Shown here: piece after piece, positions 59,339-64,000 of the stretch
Numbering within the stretch: position 1 is the stretch's first letter
How the letters are laid out: the number at the start of each line of letters is the position of its first letter
DNA from: Lachnospirales bacterium
GTDB taxonomy: Bacteria > Bacillota > Clostridia > Lachnospirales > CAMZNU01
Assembly: GCA_047973385.1 (NCBI GenBank)
Contig: JBKEBX010000012.1
Coordinates: 65,858 to 129,857, forward strand
DNA: 64,000 nt
Reading direction: 5' to 3'
Made by a program: the position numbers and the translations under genes
Notes under the pieces: generated by a model
Seen by the model: the letters and a program-made list of their open reading frames with translations, nothing else
The model's database searches: none
Told to the model about the DNA's origin: nothing

Positions 59339-60298
59339 TTACTCCATAGTATATGTAGCTTCTTCATAAGTTACATCTGTGTCAATCAACTCATGCTCCT
59401 TTGACCAGTTAAAAGCACTATAAAACTGTTCTTCGCTAGGTAATGTTAAAGGTATATGGATAGTTCTTGTTAGTGTATCTCTTATGCTTTCGTCATATTC
59501 AAATTTTTCGAATACATAGTTTAAAAAATCATCATCGCTCATAGCGTTAAGCTCTTCCACAGATTTATCATATGCAAGTAAAAAAGCGTCTGTTATATCT
59601 TGATTTTCTGCTAAAAATTCCTTTTCAACCCCAAAAGCTAAAACGTTAATGCCGTAATCGGAAGAATTTGCGATGTTTTTAGCACCACCAGCTTCAGCCA
59701 TTGTAAAAAATGGGTCAGGCATAAGTGCTGAATCGGCCTCTCCTTTTAACAGCATTTCAAGTCTAAGAGGCATAGCAGGGACTGCTTCTTTTGTTACCAA
59801 ATCAGGACTTAGACCAACTTCTTCTAATAACATATCAATTGTATAATCTATTACAGTGTTTTTAGAATATAAAATACTTCTACCTTCTAAATCTGATAAT
59901 GTTTCAATTCCAGAGTTTTCTCCTACAACAAGCCCCATATTTGAAGCGTATGTACCTGTGACTATTGCAGGTTTTTCACTTTTGTAGTATGTAGCCATAC
60001 CGATTAAATCACCAATAATAAAATCTATTTCATCAGCCAAATAAGCTATATCTCTATCTTTAGCAGATGAAAAAGTTTCAAGTTCTAAGTTTATTCCAAA
60101 CTCTTCATCTATTTTATTTTCTTCCATGTACAAAAAAGGTAGGTTCTCGATACTTGACATCATACCAATTGTAGCGGGATTGTCAGAGTTAACAAGTGTA
60201 TCATTAGTTTCTTCTGTTGAGTTGCCTGAATCTGTACAAGCCGCCAATACAATAGGTAGACCAATAAACACAGCTATAACAAATAAGTTCTTTTTCAT
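59339..60298 (-). CDS. ABC transporter substrate-binding lipoprotein (NMT1/THI5- or SsuA-like)
   Basis: Lipobox LAAC after the signal peptide. PBP type-2 pattern. First gene of a three-gene importer operon. Confidence 0.7.
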   Translation of the reverse strand: MKKNLFVIAVFIGLPIVLAACTDSGNSTEETNDTLVNSDNPATIGMMSSIENLPFLYMEENKIDEEFGINLELETFSSAKDRDIAYLADEIDFIIGDLIGMATYYKSEKPAIVTGTYASNMGLVVGENSGIETLSDLEGRSILYSKNTVIDYTIDMLLEEVGLSPDLVTKEAVPAMPLRLEMLLKGEADSALMPDPFFTMAEAGGAKNIANSSDYGINVLAFGVEKEFLAENQDITDAFLLAYDKSVEELNAMSDDDFLNYVFEKFEYDESIRDTLTRTIHIPLTLPSEEQFYSAFNWSKEHELIDTDVTYEEATYTME

Positions 60299-60449
60299 TG
60301 TAATACTTCCTTTTGGTTTATTTAGTTAACGTTGTATATTTTAACATATTAAATGCTATAAATCAAGCAAAATATTGCAACAAAAAATTATTTATAGATG
60401 CTTAATTGACTTGTTTTTATTATTGAAATGATTTTATTCTAAAACTATA

Positions 60450-60477
60450 TTGACAAATAATATAAATAGTGTATAAT
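60450..60477 (+). promoter_or_regulatory. sigmaA promoter for the ABC exporter pair
   Basis: TTGACA, 16-nt spacer, TATAAT. Confidence 0.6.
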
Positions 60478-60506
60478 AGATTTAAAAGTATATTTGAGGA
60501 GGGCAT

Positions 60507-62621
60507 ATGAAAGGGATTTTAAAATATTACAAACCCTATTTAGCTGTAATTTTATTATTGCTAATTATTGGGTTTTTAAGAGCTTTCGGTACACTTTATT
60601 TACCGAGTTTTTCAGAAAAAATAATAGATGTTGGACTTACAAGAGACGGAATAGGAGAAGTACCTATTGTTATAAGTGATTACATCTATGGTTTTTTAGA
60701 TGAATATGGTGTGGATTCAGATTTATATGTATCTTATAGTGAATATGAAGGGGAGAAGAACTTTGAAAATTTTTCAGGTGATTTAAATGGTGCTTATGTT
60801 TTAAAAGATGATGCAAAGATAAATGAAAATTTTCAAGATAGTCTTTTAACTTTGTTTTTTGAAAAAACATTAAGTGGCGAAATTACTTTACCAGAAGAAT
60901 ATCAATCTATGATAACAAGTGAAACAAGTTTGGAAGATTTTTCTTTAGAAGATATACCTAGCACAATAAAAGATTTACTAACCCTAGAATTTATAAAAAG
61001 TGAATATGGAATGTTTGGTTATGATGTAAATCAAGGAAGAACAGATTATCTTCTAAGGGAAGGAAGTGAAATGGTACTTGTTGCCTTTTTTATTTTATTT
61101 ATGGTTGTAGCAACTTCCCTATGTTCTTCCTATGTTTCTTCAAGAACTTCAAGGGATATACGAAAGGCTATATACGATAAAACTTTATCTTTTTCAAAAA
61201 AAGAATTGGAACAGTTTTCAACGGCATCTTTAATTACAAGAACTACAAATGACGTTGTTCAAATAACAAACACTACAAATATGGTTTTTCAAATCGCCTT
61301 GTATGCTCCGATTTTAGGTATTTGGGGAATTTACAAAACATACACAACGGCAGCTAATCTAATTTTAGTAAATGCATTTTCTGTTATAGCAATTGTAATA
61401 ATATTTTTTGTTTTAATGAGAGTATCTTTTCCACGATTCAAGGTAATACAAAAATTAATTGATAAAATGAATCTTGTAACAAGAGAAATGTTATCAGGCA
61501 TTTTGGTTATACGTGCCTTTGATAAAGAAACTAAAATGGAAGAAAAGTTTGATGAAGTAAACCAAGAAGTGAAGAATAACAACTTGTTTGTTGGGTATAT
61601 ACTATCTTCCATTTTTCCCATAATATCAGTTGTTATGAACTTAACTATTCTTGCTGTTGTATATTTCGGTGCTATAAATGTACAAAATGGAAATATGCAA
61701 TTAGGTAGTATATTTGCAGTTATGCAATACTCTATAAACATTCTTATGGCGTTTATGATGCTTAGTATGCTTAGTTTTCAACTTCCTAGAGCCTTTGTGT
61801 CTGCTGGAAGAATAAGTGAAGTTTTAGATACAAAACCATCTATAAAAGATGGATTGGTTAAAGATTTTGAAAATATAGGTAAAGTAGAGTTTAAAAATGT
61901 TACTTTTAAACATAATCAATCTGAAGAAGTTGAAAATGCTCTTGCAAATGTTACCTTTACAGCAAAACCTCAGCAAGTTACAGCTATAATTGGTTCAACA
62001 GGCTCAGGAAAATCTACAATTGTTAATTTAATTCAACGTTTTTATGATGTTACAGATGGTGAAATTTTAGTTGATAATGTGAATGTAAAAGATTACAAAA
62101 TAAGCGATTTAAGACATAAAATTGCTGTGGTGGCCCAAAAATCATTTCTATTTAGTGGGACAATCGGTAGTACGATAAAATATGCTCATGATGTTACAGA
62201 TGAAAGACTTATGGAAATAGCCGAGATAGCTGAGAGCAAAGACTTTATCATGGAAAAAGAGGGGGGCTTTGATGCTCCTATACATCAGGGTGGTAAAAAT
62301 GTTTCAGGTGGGCAAAGACAACGTTTGTCCATTGCAAGAGCTTTAACTAAAGGAGCTAAAATACTTGTGTTTGATGACAGTTTTTCTGCACTAGACTATA
62401 AAACAGATTTTAACTTAAGAAAAAATATAAAAGAAAAAATGAATGATGTAACTGTAATTATAGTTGCACAAAGAGTTAGTACAATAAAAGATGCTGATAG
62501 CATAATTTGTCTTGATAGTGGTAAAATTGTCGGACAAGGAACGCATAGTGAACTGCTTGAAAGTTGTATAGTTTATAAAGAGATTGTTGACTCACAATTA
62601 AAGAAAGGTGGTGAGTTTTAA
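60507..62621 (+). CDS. ABC exporter (fused TMD-NBD) with an enlarged first extracytoplasmic loop
   Basis: GSTGSGKST, VSGGQRQRLSIARAL and ILVFDDSFSALD motifs. 704 aa versus about 580 typical; roughly 140 extra residues lie between TM1 and TM2. Confidence 0.9.
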   Translation: MKGILKYYKPYLAVILLLLIIGFLRAFGTLYLPSFSEKIIDVGLTRDGIGEVPIVISDYIYGFLDEYGVDSDLYVSYSEYEGEKNFENFSGDLNGAYVLKDDAKINENFQDSLLTLFFEKTLSGEITLPEEYQSMITSETSLEDFSLEDIPSTIKDLLTLEFIKSEYGMFGYDVNQGRTDYLLREGSEMVLVAFFILFMVVATSLCSSYVSSRTSRDIRKAIYDKTLSFSKKELEQFSTASLITRTTNDVVQITNTTNMVFQIALYAPILGIWGIYKTYTTAANLILVNAFSVIAIVIIFFVLMRVSFPRFKVIQKLIDKMNLVTREMLSGILVIRAFDKETKMEEKFDEVNQEVKNNNLFVGYILSSIFPIISVVMNLTILAVVYFGAINVQNGNMQLGSIFAVMQYSINILMAFMMLSMLSFQLPRAFVSAGRISEVLDTKPSIKDGLVKDFENIGKVEFKNVTFKHNQSEEVENALANVTFTAKPQQVTAIIGSTGSGKSTIVNLIQRFYDVTDGEILVDNVNVKDYKISDLRHKIAVVAQKSFLFSGTIGSTIKYAHDVTDERLMEIAEIAESKDFIMEKEGGFDAPIHQGGKNVSGGQRQRLSIARALTKGAKILVFDDSFSALDYKTDFNLRKNIKEKMNDVTVIIVAQRVSTIKDADSIICLDSGKIVGQGTHSELLESCIVYKEIVDSQLKKGGEF

Positions 62622-64000
62622 TGGCTGAAGATAAATTAGTTGAAAAAGGTGAAACTCAAAACCGTAGTAGAGGTGGAGGGCATGGAAACCGAGGCGATTT
62701 TGAAAAACCTAAGAATTTTAAAAACTCATTTGTTAAATTACGCAAGGAACTTTCAAAGTATAAGATTGCTATTTTTATAGTTCTTATATGTTCAATATTC
62801 AGTGCAGCTTTCAATGTTGTAGGTCCAAAAATTTTAGGTAGTGCCATCACAAAGATTAGTACAGATTTGTTTAGTGTTGGAAAAGTTGATATTTTAAGTT
62901 TAAGTAAAACTTGTGGTATTTTAATTTCTATTTATTTGATAAGTTTAGGATTTTCTGTTTTCAGTGGTATTTTGATAACTAAAGTTTCACAAAATTTAGG
63001 TGTAGATTTAAGAAAAAGATTAAGCAGAAAGATAAGTGCCCTGCCACTTAATTATTTTGATAGAAACAAAACAGGAAATACAATTTCAAGAATAACAAAT
63101 GATGTTGATACAATAACTATGTCACTTAACCAAAGTTTACCTCAAGTTATAAACAGTACAGTAACTTTTATCGGGACTATAATAATGATGTTTAGTATAA
63201 ATGCTACTTTAGCTATGGTATGTATGGTGCTTATACCTATATCTATGGTTTTAGCAGGACTTATAATTAAAAAATCTCAAAGTTACTTTAAAGCACAACA
63301 AAGTTTAATAGGTAAGACTAATGGTTATATAGAAGAAACTTTTTCAGGTATTGAAGTTATAAAAAGCTATAATAGTGAAGAAAAGGCTGAAAGAGAGTTT
63401 AGTGAAATTAACAATGATTTAGCAAATGCTCAAAGGAAAGCAACTTTTGTATCATCGCTTATGATGCCTATAACTGACTTTTTGGGAAATATAGGCTATG
63501 TAGCAGTTGTAATAATCGGTTCATTTTTTGCAGCAGCAGGTAAAATGTCAATAGGTGATATTTCGGCATATATGCAATATGTAAAAAGATTTATGCAACC
63601 AATTGTTCAGATATCACAAGCTACAACAGTTTTACAATCAACGGTTGCAGCAGCAGAACGTATTTTTGAATTTTTAGACGAAGAAGATGAAGTAAAGGCT
63701 GAAACAACCGTTGATTTATCAGATATAAAAGGTGAAGTAGAGTTTAAAAATGTACATTTTGGATATACTGAAGACTTAGAAATTATTAAGAATTTTTCAG
63801 CTAAAATTGAAAATGGTAGGAAAATTGCAATAGTTGGACCAACAGGTGCAGGTAAGACTACAATTTTAAAACTACTTATGAGGTTTTATGAAATAAACAG
63901 TGGTGATATTTTTATAGATGATAAAAATATTACAAACATGAGTCGTGGTGACCTTAGAAGTCTGTTTGGTATAGTATTGCAAGATACTTGGCTACTAAGT
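62621..64000 (+). CDS. ABC exporter partner (fused TMD-NBD), 3' end cut by window edge
   Basis: ATG overlaps the upstream TAA (TAATG). The frame is open to the window end. Contains TM helices and the GPTGAGKTT Walker A near the end. Confidence 0.88.
   Translation, partial: MAEDKLVEKGETQNRSRGGGHGNRGDFEKPKNFKNSFVKLRKELSKYKIAIFIVLICSIFSAAFNVVGPKILGSAITKISTDLFSVGKVDILSLSKTCGILISIYLISLGFSVFSGILITKVSQNLGVDLRKRLSRKISALPLNYFDRNKTGNTISRITNDVDTITMSLNQSLPQVINSTVTFIGTIIMMFSINATLAMVCMVLIPISMVLAGLIIKKSQSYFKAQQSLIGKTNGYIEETFSGIEVIKSYNSEEKAEREFSEINNDLANAQRKATFVSSLMMPITDFLGNIGYVAVVIIGSFFAAAGKMSIGDISAYMQYVKRFMQPIVQISQATTVLQSTVAAAERIFEFLDEEDEVKAETTVDLSDIKGEVEFKNVHFGYTEDLEIIKNFSAKIENGRKIAIVGPTGAGKTTILKLLMRFYEINSGDIFIDDKNITNMSRGDLRSLFGIVLQDTWLLS

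Noticed and set aside
60299-60449. A TPP riboswitch was expected upstream of the NMT1/THI5-like binding-protein importer (ThiXYZ-like).
   Set aside because: No CUGAGA / ACCUGAUCUGGAUAAUGCCAGCG-like elements are visible on the coding strand, so no thiamine assignment is made.

Overview
AT-rich chromosomal segment that looks like a spore-forming, low-GC Firmicute (Clostridia-like). Evidence for this: spoIVB, sigH, ylmC/ymxH, two perfect CIRCE/HrcA operators, a T-box leader, and the Bacillus-like order ispF-cysS-mrnC-rlmB-sigH. Most of the window is housekeeping, and gene starts were re-picked where an SD motif supported a shorter ORF. Core genes include hrcA-grpE-dnaK-dnaJ, pyruvate formate-lyase with its activase, glcK, fumarate hydratase alpha/beta, murI, nrdR, glnS, fhs, htpG, tRNA-Val/tRNA-Met, rpsO-pnp, gshAB, one ABC importer and a heterodimeric ABC exporter pair. 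I found no CRISPR array, transposase, integrase or recognisable defence genes. Three things stand out. (1) An apparently undescribed modular intergenic repeat of about 126 bp, with TTGCAA-containing terminal inverted repeats. It occurs in at least 10-11 full, deleted or fragmentary copies, and fills five consecutive intergenic gaps between 24.5 and 29.8 kb. (2) The pyruvate formate-lyase gene is split into a 708-aa catalytic ORF and a separately translated 81-aa glycyl-radical ORF; the junction carries its own stop codon, strong SD and ATG. (3) A LysR-controlled catabolic cluster (cupin, SDR, 3-hydroxyacyl dehydrogenase, cyclase-family hydrolase, BKACE beta-keto-acid cleavage enzyme, CoA-transferase A/B, MFS transporter). 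Its core matches the carnitine-type beta-hydroxy acid cleavage logic, but its substrate is unknown. Smaller oddities: a prepilin gene with an in-frame TAA in its leader peptide, a second CIRCE in front of htpG, an htpG terminator that sequesters the next gene's SD, and a truncated LysR gene next to an orphan P-loop NTPase, with repeat copies on both sides. All calls rest on reading the sequence and on remembered family motifs; no database search was run.
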